Origin: Octopus sinensis
Lineage: Eukaryota
Assembly: GCF_006345805.1 (NCBI RefSeq)
Contig: NC_043004.1
Location: 57,536,001 to 57,600,000 of the forward strand
Reading direction: 5' to 3'
DNA: 64,000 bases
A model generated the notes under the pieces. The model was not told where the DNA came from. It saw nothing but the letters and a program-made list of their open reading frames with translations, and did no database searches. Made by a program: the position numbers and the translations under genes. How positions within the stretch are numbered: position 1 is the first letter of the stretch; the number at the start of each line of letters is the position of its first letter. Below are positions 1 to 13,453 of the stretch, in pieces.

Positions 1-346
1 GATCCGCGCGGATGGTTGTGAAATTATTCACTCTCACTTCGGCTTCCAAGTGGGAGTTGTCAAGGTGGGTCTCAGTGAGAATGAAGAAAGGGATGTGGTG
101 TAGATGGTTACCAACCCAGTCTTCAATGAATTGGACCTTCCATTTTTGTGCATTGATGGAAGGGCTGACACCTTCTGCATTGAGTAGAAATGTGGAGGTT
201 AGTGTAGTGGCTGGTTCTGACTGTTGCAGGGGGCTTGGATTTTTTGTGTGTGCTAGTGGCAGCAATGTGGGGAATCGGTGCACTGGGGTAATGGCATAGG
301 ATGGTGTTGAGTGGGCTAGAATATTTTTGTGTATCTCTTTTGCCAT
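1..346 (-). CDS. LINE ORF2 N-terminus (AP-like endonuclease domain), partial; not in the supplied ORF track because it leaves the window
   Basis: Read by hand from ATG at 346: MAKEIHKNILAHSTPSYAITPVHRFPTLLPLAHTKNPSPLQQSEPATTLTSTFLLNAEGVSPSINAQKWKVQFIEDWVGNHLHHIPFFILTETHLDNSHLEAEVRVNNFTTIRAD. LLNAEG, ILTETHL and EAEV.V.NF..IRAD match the LINE endonuclease pattern (N.xG, xETxL, RxDR). Confidence 0.8.
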   Translation of the reverse strand, partial: MAKEIHKNILAHSTPSYAITPVHRFPTLLPLAHTKNPSPLQQSEPATTLTSTFLLNAEGVSPSINAQKWKVQFIEDWVGNHLHHIPFFILTETHLDNSHLEAEVRVNNFTTIRAD

Positions 347-522
347 GTTCACATGGCTAAAAAAGAATTTTCCTGCTTAGGGAGCAGTTTTTGGCTGGAG
401 GTGTGTGGTTGCACTGTTGGATAGGTTTGTAGTTTCCACTTTTGTGTTGTTGTTTTTGTGTCTTCCTGAAAAGACTGGACCAGCATTACTGCAGCATGGT
501 GTGTTTCTATTTTTATTTTTAT

Positions 523-810
523 TCAGGTTTGTGTGTTGGCTTGAAGCCCCGTTTCTGTTTGTGCGTCGGTCCCTGGAAGATGAGTGAAGGGACAGTCGCT
601 CAGCAGACATGTTCTCTCACGTTGGGAATACCGGCAGATTTTGGGACTCCGAGTTGTGTGTGTTTTGAATTTCGATTTACTATTTGGTGGTGTTGATGTT
701 ATTGTGGGATGCGTGCTTTGGCCTTGGCCGGTAGTGCGTCTAGTGCCGGGTAGATGCGTGAAGATGCAGTCACTATTTGTGCAGAGTCTCTGGCGCAGTG
801 AATAGTGGGG
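523..810 (-). pseudogene. LINE ORF1 remnant with two tandem CCCH-type zinc-finger-like repeats
   Basis: [23 protein letters not shown] (568-636) = C-x8-C-x4-C-x3-H. The upstream copy [23 protein letters not shown] (742-810) has the same spacing with the first Cys replaced by Pro. It lies in a different frame from the 377-610 ORF and ORF2. Confidence 0.65.
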
Positions 811-825
811 TTTCTTGTTTGTGCC

Positions 826-826
<1 letters not shown>

Positions 827-857
<31 letters not shown>

Positions 858-1115
858 ATGTATATATATATATGTATATATATATATGAATATATATATG
901 TATATATTTATATATGATAATATATATATATGTATATATATATGTATATATATATATGTATATAAGAAATAGTAAAGTGTGAAAAAACGACATAGGCTTA
1001 AATTTAAAAAAATATATATATGTGTAATATATTTTTTAACATTTAATCTGTCGTTTTACACTTTATATTTTCTTATATTATACGTGCTTTACCAAACAAA
1101 TCTTATCTATATATG

Positions 1116-1167
<52 letters not shown>

Positions 1168-1592
1168 GTAGTATATATGTATATATATGTATATATATAT
1201 ATATGTATATATAGTATATATATATGTATATATATATGTATATATATATATGTATATATATATACGTATATATATATATGTATATATATATATGTATATA
1301 TATATGTATATATATGTATATATATGTATATATATGTTGTATATATGTATGTATATATATGTATGTATTATATATATGTATGTATATATATATGTATGTG
1401 TATATATATATATGTATGTATATATATAATATAAATATATATATATATGTATGTATATATATATATATATTATATATATATATTATGTATGTATATATAT
1501 ATATATATAGATATATATATATATATATATGCATGCATTCATACATATATATGTGTGTGTGTGTTGAAAAATATTATATATATATATACATA
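827..1592. repeat. Compound (TA)n/(TATG)n microsatellite blocks (827-962 and about 1108-1592)
   Basis: Direct inspection; source of the IYIY-type ORFs. Confidence 0.95.
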
Positions 1593-2349
1593 TAAGCACC
1601 ATATGTCTATAACAAGAAACGAAGACCAGGCACTTCAGATTATGACACAAAATGAATCCCAACCAAAGGCATACCACACATATGTATGCAAATATACCCC
1701 TCCCCAGATATATATCTTATATATAAATGTCATTTTCTATCCTTCTGTGTGCTACAATTTTGATGGCTAAACTAGCGAACAAAACTTTACCAAACTTTGC
1801 ATACAAACTAACATCCAGTTTAATTAAAGGCTAATCGGATTTCATTAAAATCTATAGTTGGCCCCCAGCGGGGTTGAGCAAATTGTATGATAAAAAGAGA
1901 AGGGTGCAAAGAGCATTAGTGTGAGGGAAATGTGGTGGCAGAGTGAGTGTGGCGGATATCAGAGAAGGGGCGAACAACGTTGTGTTAGCGACAAATATGG
2001 AATAGCAGTGGGATGATAACGTTAATACAGCTGTTATATAAGCGTACTTTCGTAAATACACACACACACACACATGCATGCATATAAGTAACCTTTTAAA
2101 CGCCAAGGAAGAGAAAAAGTGTGGATGTGAGGAATACGTAGCTTTAAGGAGTAAGAGGTTCAGTGGCTTTTCTTCTGGCCATCGCAAAGAAACTCTCAAA
2201 CACACAAACACACACACACACACACGTATATACTTATATACGTACATACTTATGTTTGCTTTACACTATTTTAAACTCGAGATTACCTGTTTGTACGTTT
2301 GTAAATTTCTATGTGAGTGTGTGTGTGCGTGCGATGTCCTATAACTGTC

Positions 2350-2873
2350 TATCTCTCTACCTTTCTAGGACCTTCCATGCTGCTGTCAAATATAGTGAAA
2401 TTTTGAAATTTCGTCAGAATTTTCAAATTTGGTATATTGAAATAATTTTCCACGTTAATTCCAGAAAAATTGCAGAAAAATGCTACTGAGGTTTAAAGTT
2501 TAATCAATTTTACCTAATTAGAACACTGGATTTGGAAGCTTGCATTTTCTGTAAGATAGCTGTCTATCACTAAATGAAAGCAAAATCATTAGGAAGAGGA
2601 ATTATTATTAAACAAACTACAGCAAAGCGTTATGATGACCAAAGCTGTAAGAACTTCTGAAGTTTTAATAAGTTTTAATGAATAAATCATGTGAAACGGT
2701 GGAAGAGACATGTAAAAATTTTAAAAGGAAAAGAAACACTCAACGAAGTTTTTTTGCGAAAAATTGCACAAATCTGTCCTGGTCAAGAGGCATGGTCTAA
2801 CATGGAATAAACAAAAATATATATAAGGCCTTTCATTGTAAAAATTGCACGCAACAACGGGCTATTCAGCTAC
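2350..2873 (+). mobile_element. Possible decayed non-autonomous Helitron
   Basis: Ends in gcacg-caacaa-cgggc-tattcag-ctac, resembling a degenerate hairpin plus CTAG terminus. No coding evidence. Confidence 0.3.
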
Positions 2874-2909
2874 ATGCATATATATGTGTATGTGTGTGTG
2901 TGTGTGTGA

Positions 2910-3216
2910 GGCGCAATGGCCCAGTGGTTACGGCAGCGGAGTCATGTTCGTAGAATCGCGGTTTCGATCCCCAGACCGGGCGTTGTGAGTGTTTATTGAG
3001 CGAAAACACCCAAAGCTTCACAAGGCTCCGGCAGGGGATGGTGGCGATCCCTGCTGTACTCTTTCGCCACAACACCTTTCTCTCACTCTTTCCTCTGTTG
3101 GCCTGCTCGCTTAGCCAGCGGGGAGGCGTCATTTGAAGGCTATAATAATACGAAGCGCATTTGACCAGTGATGTGTGGCAACATTTGATAGCCTGGTCGG
3201 TCACATGATCAGGTGA
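2910..3216 (+). mobile_element. tRNA-derived SINE, family C (head shared with 37641 copy)
   Basis: A-box TGGCCCAGTGG, B-box GGTTTCGATCCC; the first ~170 bp align with 37641-37810; ends in (TA)n. Confidence 0.85.
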
Positions 3217-3234
3217 TATATATATATATATATA

Positions 3235-3270
<36 letters not shown>

Positions 3271-6019
3271 ACACACCTACAACACACATACATATACTGG
3301 CATAACTGCATATATGTAAGCATACAAATGAATATACCTATATACATACATATGTGTGTAAGTGTTTGTACGTATGTGTTTTTGCCTGTGTGTATCAGCG
3401 TATGTGTAGGCATCTATACAAAACAGCACAAAGACACACAGAAAGAAACACTGAGCTTTGTACCAACGGAGAGAACATTATAGATAAAACTGATTTTAGT
3501 TTGGTGTTGAAGCATTAGTATTTTTCGTAAATTTGATTTAAAAGTTTAATAATTTAGTATTTACGAAAAAATTTAGTTACTGCTAAGCTGAAGGTTAAAT
3601 GAACGAAAGTCAGAAAGAGAAATCAGATTTACTACACTGAGACCCAGTAATTGTTAGCTGTTTGTACACTCTCGTAGATTCAACTTTATGTATTTTTTTC
3701 AGGTTATGCATAAATCGAAAAACTGTGAGAAGCGGCCAAGTTAACAACGAGCACCTAATGCACTGAAAGTAATGATTATTTTCTATCGCTGGCACACTGC
3801 TGCTCGCACACACAAATATACATTCGTAGATATATAAATATTAGAAAGGTTTTAAAGCAAAATAATCCCAGTTAAAAGTATATATACAACATACATGAAT
3901 ATTAAAACGCTATGTAATAGTACTAACCACCGACCTTAATTTTTAATATGTATTGCTTTGCTTTAAAAAAGATCAATCAAATATTTATATATATTTATAT
4001 ATATCAGACAATGGTTCATGAAACGTACACTACTATAATATGTATATATGTATGCACGCGTGTGTATGTGTGTATAGATATGTATATATATGCACATGTA
4101 TATATGTATATATAACACACACACATATACATTTGTACATTCACACACACACATATGATTCTCGGTCAGGCTTATGTCAGTGAAATTGGTAAAACAAATG
4201 CGCAATCGGTCTTAAATACACGTGTGTGGCTGTGTTAGCATTCTTAGCGTGACTGAAGTTGCGACAAACACAGTCCACTATAATCGCTACGACACCATAA
4301 GATAAGTATTGAGAGCTCTGTTATTTCCAAAGTGCTGTTCCTCCAAGGCCGCAATTCCATGATTGACACAAATGAAAGCAAATCTTAATTTTTACACACA
4401 CACATGCGCACACGTGCATATACGCACACGCACACACACACACACAATTTCTTTTGCGCATTTTGCGATTAAGCGTAAATGAAATTTCAAAGGTACCTTT
4501 TTTTCTTTAAAATGTCCAATTTTAACACTTAAAGCAGTTACCCACGTCCATACCGAAATAATGTTCAAGATGTTATAAACATGCACTCCAACATGTAATG
4601 ATTCCCAGTAAACCGATGAAAACCTCGATGCTGTAGGCAATGCAGATTAAAGTGGATGAACGTAATATAGATGATGAGAGGAATGATTTGGGAGTATCTG
4701 AGAGGATGTAGTACGAAAGCAGCAAAACCGGCGGAGAGATCTCAGAAAGAAAGAAAATGCGGTGCTGGTCAGCATTTGACTAGCGACTTCACAAAAAGTA
4801 AGCTGAAGGCGTTTTCAACTATCAAATAAAATTATGTAGATACACAAGAAATTTCGAAATCGGTATTAGTGTAGTTAGGATCGACGTAAATAATAAAATT
4901 AAATATACACATACTTACGGAGTTACATATTCATAAACATACACGTATATACATATTAAAATTATATACCTGTCTTTGTTTTTAACGTTAATAACAGTAA
5001 ACGTTATATCGGTGTTGCCAAGGCTGTTATAGTCTTTACAATTACAATAGTTTCTTTGAAGTAAAATCGAAATCAATGGACAGCACTTACCTGCAAAAAG
5101 AAAAAAAAAAATATTCAGTACATGTTGGAAAAATGTAATTAATAATATCTTGAACATGTAAACTGAAAAATACATTGTTAAGTTGTGTAGGAAGTGATTT
5201 TGCAAAGTGTGTTATATTTTATTTGACTAGCAATAAGAAGTATATTTGGTGAATTTTTAACTTTCTAAGCAAAATATTAAACTGAGCAAATGTGGTAACT
5301 AACTTTTTTAATCATAAAGCCTGATTGTTTTTATAAGGATATGACAACTGACGTTACAAAACTTAGGTACCAATCGATATATAAGTTTAACAATTAAACA
5401 ACCAGAAACTAAACAAAGTGCCGAGATACGTAACTTATTTTAAACTGCAAGTCATTTCCATTTTTAATACCCCTGTTTGTGGAAAGGACGAATTTAGTGC
5501 GGGTGAAATTATACACCGGCTATTTTGCATAGTTTAATGAGTGTGGAAGACTACAGTTGTTCATCACTGTTATGTTACTGGAAACATAATTCCAAAAATA
5601 CTGTTCAAATAATGAATGAACTCTACCTAAATCTAAGTATTATGTAAACGAGGGTACATAAAAAATAAGTTGGACAAGGGCGGTCATTTAAAAAAACGGC
5701 ACAGCCCGCCTGGTAAATTTTCTTCACTGTGTCAGTTAGATTTTATGTTAAATACACAACTTAGTCCAGTAGACTAAGTTGAATCAAGCACCGGAAATTA
5801 TACCTGGCTGTATGTGCCACTACTCATGTTCTGTGCAAGGGAAACACATGTAGGTCGTCGTAACCATAAAAATATGCTGTATTACATTGTAGAATATAAG
5901 GAAATTTTGAGTATGTACCAGTCTCCATATCCTCTATCGTTATAATTATTGCACACACACACAAACACACATATGCAGAGAGAGAAAAAGAGAGAAGGAG
6001 AGGGAGAGAGACATTGAGA

Positions 6020-6112
6020 AAGAAAGAAAGGAAGGAAGGAAGGAAGGAAGGAAGGATGGATGGATGGATGGATGGATGGATGGATGGATGGATGAATAGA
6101 TAGATAGATAGA
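6020..6112. repeat. Compound tetranucleotide microsatellite GAAA-GAAG-GATG-GATA
   Basis: Direct inspection. Confidence 0.9.
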
Positions 6113-8563
6113 GGGGGTTCTCTGTCGTTGGAAGGTGTGGCTTAAATTATTTGATCAACTGAATAACTTCCTCCTGAACTGATGTGTAAACGCCTAAGCA
6201 CTTCACATTGCGTCTATTGAAATATATTTCACATACAAACACATTTATATAGACATGCATGTGTTGCGCGAACGTATTTGCACGCACATGTCTAATGGAA
6301 CTTCCCGTCACTTAATATCATTTACCTCTGAGTTTGGTAATATACATTATAACAATGCTTTTATGCACATTGAGTGCTTCTAGGGCTTTCAGAAGTTCTT
6401 AGTAATTGCAAACAAAAAAGAAAAAAAGCGATAAATGAAATAAATTCGAATTTGTTTTAGCTTGAATTATTCTACAAAGTATACACTGATATTTGAACTT
6501 TCGTTGTTATACAATTATTTAACTTTATTAAGTGATTCAAGTTGACATTGTGAGAAAGTACAAAATCAAATAGAATATCATCATTACTCAGACGTCACTA
6601 AAATAAATAGCAATATACTCTGATAGAATATAATTGAGGTTGTTGGAAATATGTCAGTAAATCTCTTCTTGTTTTCCCTCGGCTATAAATCTGAAACACT
6701 GACCGACAAATCCTCGTCAGCAGATATACTTTTGTTTCTATAATTCAATTAATCAAACAGAAATAACTCCACCCACAATAGGAATACAGGCTATGTAAAA
6801 TCTTGTTAATTATGTCGATGATTACTGAAGCGAAAACTATCGCAAAAATGAATATATTAAATTATACAAAAGTGAGATGGATAGACATGCGAATGAAACA
6901 ATTTTCTTATTCCATTAGAATTAAAACGAATTCATTGTGTAAGTATAGAAAACAAAAATCTTGATATATATACGTAAATAATAGCATGTATTCTCTAAGT
7001 TATAGTTTATACTTTTACAGAAATACAGGCAGAATTTTACACAGAAGCAGCTTTCCAAGGAGATAATCATAGAGTGATTTTACTGAGATGTATTCTTTCA
7101 AACTTGATCTAACACATAATCACACACACAAATACACAGACAGACAAACACATACACACGCACATACACATACACAGATTAACTAACAATATTGCATATC
7201 ATCAAGCATTGCAAAATTGAAATTATATTGATAAGAAAAGTATTTAATATAATAACTATGAAAATTTGCATAGTATTTTGAAATAACACTTCGTCCAATT
7301 GTAGTGAAATACTATTCGATTTATATGGTAGTTAGTTTATTTATTTTTAGATTTTAGTGTTAGTTAAAATTAATTATGTCAGTATTTTTGTTTTAATTTA
7401 GATATTGGGGGATAAGCTTCATATATAGATTGTGAGAGATTGTTTAGTATTAAATGGTTGATTAAAACTTAATTAATATTTTTCTTTATATATATTTTTG
7501 TAATATATTTATGCTAAATAATACTTCTTTATGGTTTATTAAATAAATTTCTTTGAATTTAATTAAAGTTTTATCTAATGTTAAAAGAGTAAAACTGTAA
7601 ATATTTTATGCCTCTGAAATGTCATTATTCCAATAATAAATACACCTAATGTCTCAATTTTACTTATTATTCGCCAATTGGTTAACAGTTTAACTAAGTG
7701 ATTGAGTGATTAATTACTCGGTTAATCAACCGAACTGTTGTTTTCCAAAATCCTTTCTTTGCCATTCACAATCTCTTCACTGACATGCTCTGTCTACTCT
7801 AGGCCAGCTTCAGATTTGTCTATCTCCTAGATTTAGTTCTGATATTTATGTAGTTGCTTCCGGGCATATCTTCGTCCATATCACTGTGTATTCTAATTTA
7901 GCTCACTTTGAATCATGTATTCTTAGAGTAACTGAAAATTGCCAATATTTTCCTAAAGAGTTTTATCCAAAATATGGTGAAGTTATGCGGTTGCATTTAA
8001 TTTAGGTAATAATAAAGCCAAGCCATACTAGGTATCAGTGAGTGATTATATACAAATATTGAACAAAATGGCTTCCATTGAAACAGAAATAAGCTTAGTT
8101 ATATCAACATTTTATAAGAAGATCTCATAAGTAGTTGCCCCATTTGTGTTTTACATAAATTATATTCACTATATTGTACGCATGGTTCGGCAGCTATAAT
8201 TTTAGTATTATGATAGGCGTTAGTGAATGTTGCATATAGTGAAGATATATATTTAAACGAATCTATTCTTGTTCATTATGATTGTAATTTGAAATTCTGT
8301 CGTCGCCTATGTGCATTATTTCCACGCAATTGAATAAAGAGAAACGTTTAATACTGTAGCTGAGAATAGTCTTGGAATTCGTTTATAGTAAAAATATATA
8401 AAATCTTCATATTTTAACTCACATTTAACATTAGAAGTATAATAAAATGTGGAACTTCACTTCCTTAAAATAAAATATTTGCTAGAATTTCCGATAAAAC
8501 ATCCATTAGTTCCTTCTTATTAATAATATTCACACACACAAGAATATCAAGAATGCAAAATGT

Positions 8564-8800
8564 ATTATATAAAGTCTGTTCTGTCTGCGTCTGTGTGTGT
8601 CTTCTAGGATCTCGGGCATCCTCCATCCAATTGCGCTCAAATTTGATATGTAGATACAGACGGTATCAGGGCGTGTATAAGTTTTGAACAAATTACGAAA
8701 ATCGATTCCAGGTGAGAATGCGATCGATAAAGCCGTTTTTGTCCTGTTTTTCTTCCGTCAACCTGTACATAACTGCACCTTCCATTTTTTGTTGCTTTTG
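8564..8800 (+). mobile_element. Possible Helitron/Helentron-derived non-autonomous element (DINE/HINE-like) 5' portion
   Basis: tatataaagtctg + short tctg/tgtg run + atccaattgcgctcaaatttgatatg, a layout typical of such elements. No 3' terminus identified. Confidence 0.35.
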
Positions 8801-9344
8801 TACTGCTTAAAGGCACGTTTCTTTCCTGCCAAGCTTACTATTTAAAACATTTTTTTGTTCCCCTAGTCAGCAGCCTTATATTTACTGCTACATTAAACTC
8901 TTCCGTTGCATATTTGTGTAAATAAAATCGTTTTTCTATGAAATAGAAAATAGTCTATCTTTATTTCTTCTTTTGCTGGTGTCTCAAATTTAGGTTAAAT
9001 CAGTGTTTCTCAAATGGGAGGCCTATGGGATAGTCTCACAAGTCGTTTTGAGAAAATTTGGTTTAAATGTTTGACAACTCAGCACCGTCCATTAGACGGG
9101 GGGCGTTTTGCTCGTCAGTATATATTTTTTAATTTGGAGTCTTGAAATAAAAATATATTGAGAAATGGGAAGTGGTGTTAGACCTAGTCAGAACACATCG
9201 GTCAGAACTATTGTGAGTCATGGCGATACCATTATGTTTCATAGGTAAAGAGTATCTAAATCAATATTGTGCAATGGGTCTTTCCCAAAAACGCACAGAT
9301 ACAATTTTATTTATCTTTCAATCTATCAATCTGTCTATCTTAAT

Positions 9345-9394
<50 letters not shown>

Positions 9395-9756
9395 TATATA
9401 CATACATATATGTATAGGAATAGAGATTTAGAATTCGGTCAGTTATCTTATAATCTTGTATAATTTAGGTTACATAATTTATGGCTAACCACATCGAATG
9501 ATAGACAGAATATAGAATTGTTTAAGATAAAACTATTACAAATTACTTATTCAGTGAAGTAGTTTGTAATAAAGCAGATACAAGTGCGTGAAGACATATG
9601 ATAATACACCATAGAATTTAGAAAGACAAGAATTCATGTCCTTATAGTTCAAGGTAAGCCATACGGTGTATTCAAATATATTGAAATGACTACATATATA
9701 TATACACACACACACGTATATATATACACACACACACACGTATATATATATATATA

Positions 9757-9855
<99 letters not shown>

Positions 9856-9865
9856 GTAATTCATA

Positions 9866-9975
9866 GAAAAACGAAAGACGAAGACAAGTGTATGAACAAG
9901 CAAGTGTATTTGAAGCTCGGAAAAAAATGAAAAAGTTTCTTACGTTTCGACCGTACGCTCTTCAACAGAAAGGAA
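9866..9975 (-). mobile_element. ~110-bp dispersed repeat, probable Penelope-like terminal fragment (copy 1 of 3)
   Basis: Aligns with 17265-17385 (opposite strand) and 36100-36212. Minus strand reads CTGTTGA-agagcgtacggtc-GAAA-cgta, a mutated hammerhead-like core. Confidence 0.55.
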
Positions 9976-10017
9976 TAAGTGAAGTCAGAGACAGAATGAA
10001 AAAAACTATATGTATGC

Positions 10018-10050
<33 letters not shown>

Positions 10051-10196
10051 ATATATATATAACAATACATATATTAATAAATATATATATGCATATAAAT
10101 GCAAATATACATATATACATATATATATACATATATACATATATATATATATACATACTTACATACATATATATATCCATGCATATCAATCAATCA

Positions 10197-10281
<85 letters not shown>

Positions 10282-10294
10282 ATCTATCTATCTA

Positions 10295-10356
<62 letters not shown>

Positions 10357-10371
10357 TACATATATATATAT

Positions 10372-10590
10372 CGCAAATTTTATTTTGGTTCGCGGGAGCA
10401 ACTGCTTTGTCGAAGGCACATATTGTCATGAATTGTCGGAAATGTGGAGTAGATAAACGGCCGATAACTGATGAAGGGTCGTTTTTGTTAATTATCTTGT
10501 TTTCCATTTGTTTATCTCGTTGTTCGCAAAACAAGTTTGTCTTCGTATTTCATGTTGCCTACGTCTTGTGACATCCTGTACCCATATATG
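10372..10590 (+). mobile_element. ~220-bp dispersed repeat (second copy at 56468-56700), possible Penelope-like terminus
   Basis: Shared blocks gcgggagcaactg, aaatgtg..agtag, aactgat(g/c)aagggtcgttttt, gatgtcct/gacatcct...ccca(c/t)at. Both copies abut TA-rich microsatellites. Confidence 0.55.
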
Positions 10591-13411
10591 CATATATATA
10601 TATGGAAGTATGTACATATACGTATGCATATATGCATGTGTGCATACATAGGCACGTAGAAAAAATAGTAATAGGAATATAAATTTTACAGTTTATACCA
10701 CAGACGCAATTGCAGGTGACATGAATTTGAATAAGTGGACTTATTTAAACTATTCTCGCTAGAATGATATTCAACAACGGTTTGTATATTCTCATATAAA
10801 TCTCTTCTTTGTTACAAAGTATAAGTGTCTGAATATAGCTGCACGGTTATATTAAGGTATATATTGAGCTATACATCTCTTCATCTTTCCACACTATTAT
10901 TATATATAATGTGTGTGTAGGTGGAAATAGAAATCAAAGTTTAACAACTTATTGAAAAAATAACTAAGGTTTTTTAAAATAAATTATGGATTTTTTCATT
11001 ATATAATTTAATGGATATGCCTATTTGTAAACATTGACTTCATGACAACCGTAACCATTACATGCAAAGGAACGTGCACTCTCTCTCTCACGCACACATA
11101 TACACTCACACCCATACGGAGAGACAGAATGATGAGAGAGAAATTAGAGAGGGCATAATTAAATATGGATATATATGTGTGTATAGGAGTGTATATAAAA
11201 GGTTTGTGTATATATAATGTGTATTACGATTGTCATGAAATATGTATGTTTGTATCTATGATGCATAAATATATTTAAAATGAATCCTATATTTAGCCGG
11301 AGATAGATAGATAAAGAGAAACGATGAGAAAATTAAATGGAAGGCTTCCAAGTAAAGAGTAAATATTAGCCACAATCAAAACGAGAGCTACTTTAATAGT
11401 ATTTTAATTATAAAGTTTCAAATAGTGAAAATATGCATGCAGTAAATTCTTCGATAATTGAGTGCACAAAGCGGATAAGATGATTTCTTGAAAGAATAGA
11501 TTTTAAATTGAAAAAAGAGAGAAAAAAAGAAGCATAACTTCTGACTAGTAGAGTAGTTTAATCTCATTATTGAGGTCCAATATAACAATATGAACAGCAT
11601 TTGGGAGGCCAAATTTATATTTAGATAGAATATTGTGTCTTTCATTCCAATTATCATAGAGGTAATTGAGATGAAATCTAATGTCTTTGAAACTTATAGT
11701 CAAGGAAATTACGTTCACAATATTCCCTTGTCTATAGTTTTCTTATCTCTTTTACATGAAGGAATGTAACTCCATGATTAGCTATATTTGTGGCTATGAC
11801 TATACGCAGACGTTACACACCCACGTACAGAAAGTATAAATCCTCTGTGGTCTAGTTTTACACAGAAGATTATTAACGCTTGAGTGTGTATGTGTGTGTG
11901 TGTGTAATGCAGGTGGGGAATTTCATTATGAACGAAATGAAAGAATCACTGATATTCTTGATGATTTATATTTATCGGTAGGACAGCGTTAAAGCATGGT
12001 ATGCAATTAACGGCATGTTTATTAAAATATGTACATAAATCAGATGATCTCAACTTCCTTAAAATGTCTGTGGATTATTATTATTATTTTAGCAGGGAAA
12101 ATTCATAAAATTAAACATTATATATTAAAGGTAAATAATAATTCTAACTTTATATCTAGAAGAATTTTATCCTTTTAATTAAAAGCAATAACATTCATGC
12201 TTTCCCATAATCTCTTATTTGTTTCATAAGTAGAATACATTGCCTAACGAAGGTTTATAATTTCGGGTATACACCCAGAAATGGTATTAATATGATACAA
12301 GGTAGTTGATACCAAAAACGCTGAAACATCGGTGGTACTTGTACGCAACTGTATAATTAACCTAAAATATACAGGCAATACTACTCATTCATATTCACTA
12401 AGTAGAAAATGTTTTACAAAAAAGTAATGCGTCTTTAAATGACGTCAAAAAAGTCAGAAGAACCAACGTCAAATAATGCTCGTGCTAATATCGAAATTAA
12501 TTGTTGCTTGACCACTCGTGAAATTGCAAGCTTATTGCGGACTGAAGACCGATTTCATAGTTTGAGAAACGAATTACAGAGAAGACGTGCTTAACCACAT
12601 ATATCAGCACACGCACACACACACACACACACATAGCACCCACCACATACACACTGACACACAGACACACTTATACACACATATGCACACGCATACACTG
12701 ACATAACGAAATCAATGGGCAAAATGTGTACGTGACCTATTGGTTCTCTTAAAAATCAAATTATTAACTTGTGTAGTAAAGAAAAAAAAATACAGTAACT
12801 AATTATAGACTGACTAATCAGAAACATTATAAAATATGACATGCATTTAGAAAGAAATAAGTATCAGAAAAAAAAACAATTATAAAAATTCAGAGTAATT
12901 AGACTAAACATTCCAAATAGGAACGGTCGTTTGCATTTAGTTGAAAGAAGCAATTTACTGGCGAAAAACAATTTCTTCTTTATGGAGAATCATGGAAGAT
13001 TCTTCGATCAAATACAGCCAAACGGTGATGAAACCTGACTAATGACCGTCCATTCACATCACAAGGAACACAAACATTTGTCAATCTAAGAAAATATTTA
13101 AAAAATTGGCAAATTCCAGATCTAGATCGTTATGGTTATTTTCTGTTTAATACGATACAAAATCAGTTTCAATATTCATTTTGAAATTATGAAAATGAAC
13201 TTACTTAATCTACTCTGAATTATGTCATATATTAGTTTGCAGAACTGCTAATTAATGAAATAGAAAATTAGTTCCACGTTTCAATCGCTTGATTTCACAC
13301 AAAATGATCGTAATACAAAAGACTCTTTTGTACTTTTAACCAATTAAAGTTTTCTATTGGCCCAAAACATATATTACGCATGCGCGCGCGCACTCATAAA
13401 TTAATTATATA

Positions 13412-13453
<42 letters not shown>

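Larger units (their letters stand above)
1..820 (-). mobile_element. 5' portion of an APE-endonuclease non-LTR retrotransposon (LINE): ORF1 remnant plus start of ORF2, running off the window edge
   Basis: Minus-strand translation gives a zinc-finger-like ORF1 remnant (523-810), then an open frame 346->1 with APE endonuclease N-terminal motifs. GC is elevated versus the flanks. The 5' end is lost in a (TA)n tract at 827. Confidence 0.85.

Noticed and set aside
1103-1770. Long ORFs rich in I/Y/H/T/C/V here and at about 9.9-10.5, 16.8-17.6, 21.2-21.6, 48.6-49.0, 51.0-51.7, 52.9-53.5, 59.0-59.6 and 63.1-63.4 kb
   Set aside because: Translations of (TA)n, (CA)n, (TATC)n and (TACA)n microsatellites, which lack stops by construction.
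2910-2985. tRNA gene (also at 37641, 44290-44358 and 52240-52310)
   Set aside because: A/B boxes are present but there is no complete cloverleaf, and each continues into a multi-copy SINE body.
9001-9170. hAT/Charlie-like MITE (cagtgtttctcaaa ... ttgagaaa); similar single end at 50900-50946
   Set aside because: Only about 8 bp of terminal complementarity and no TSD found.
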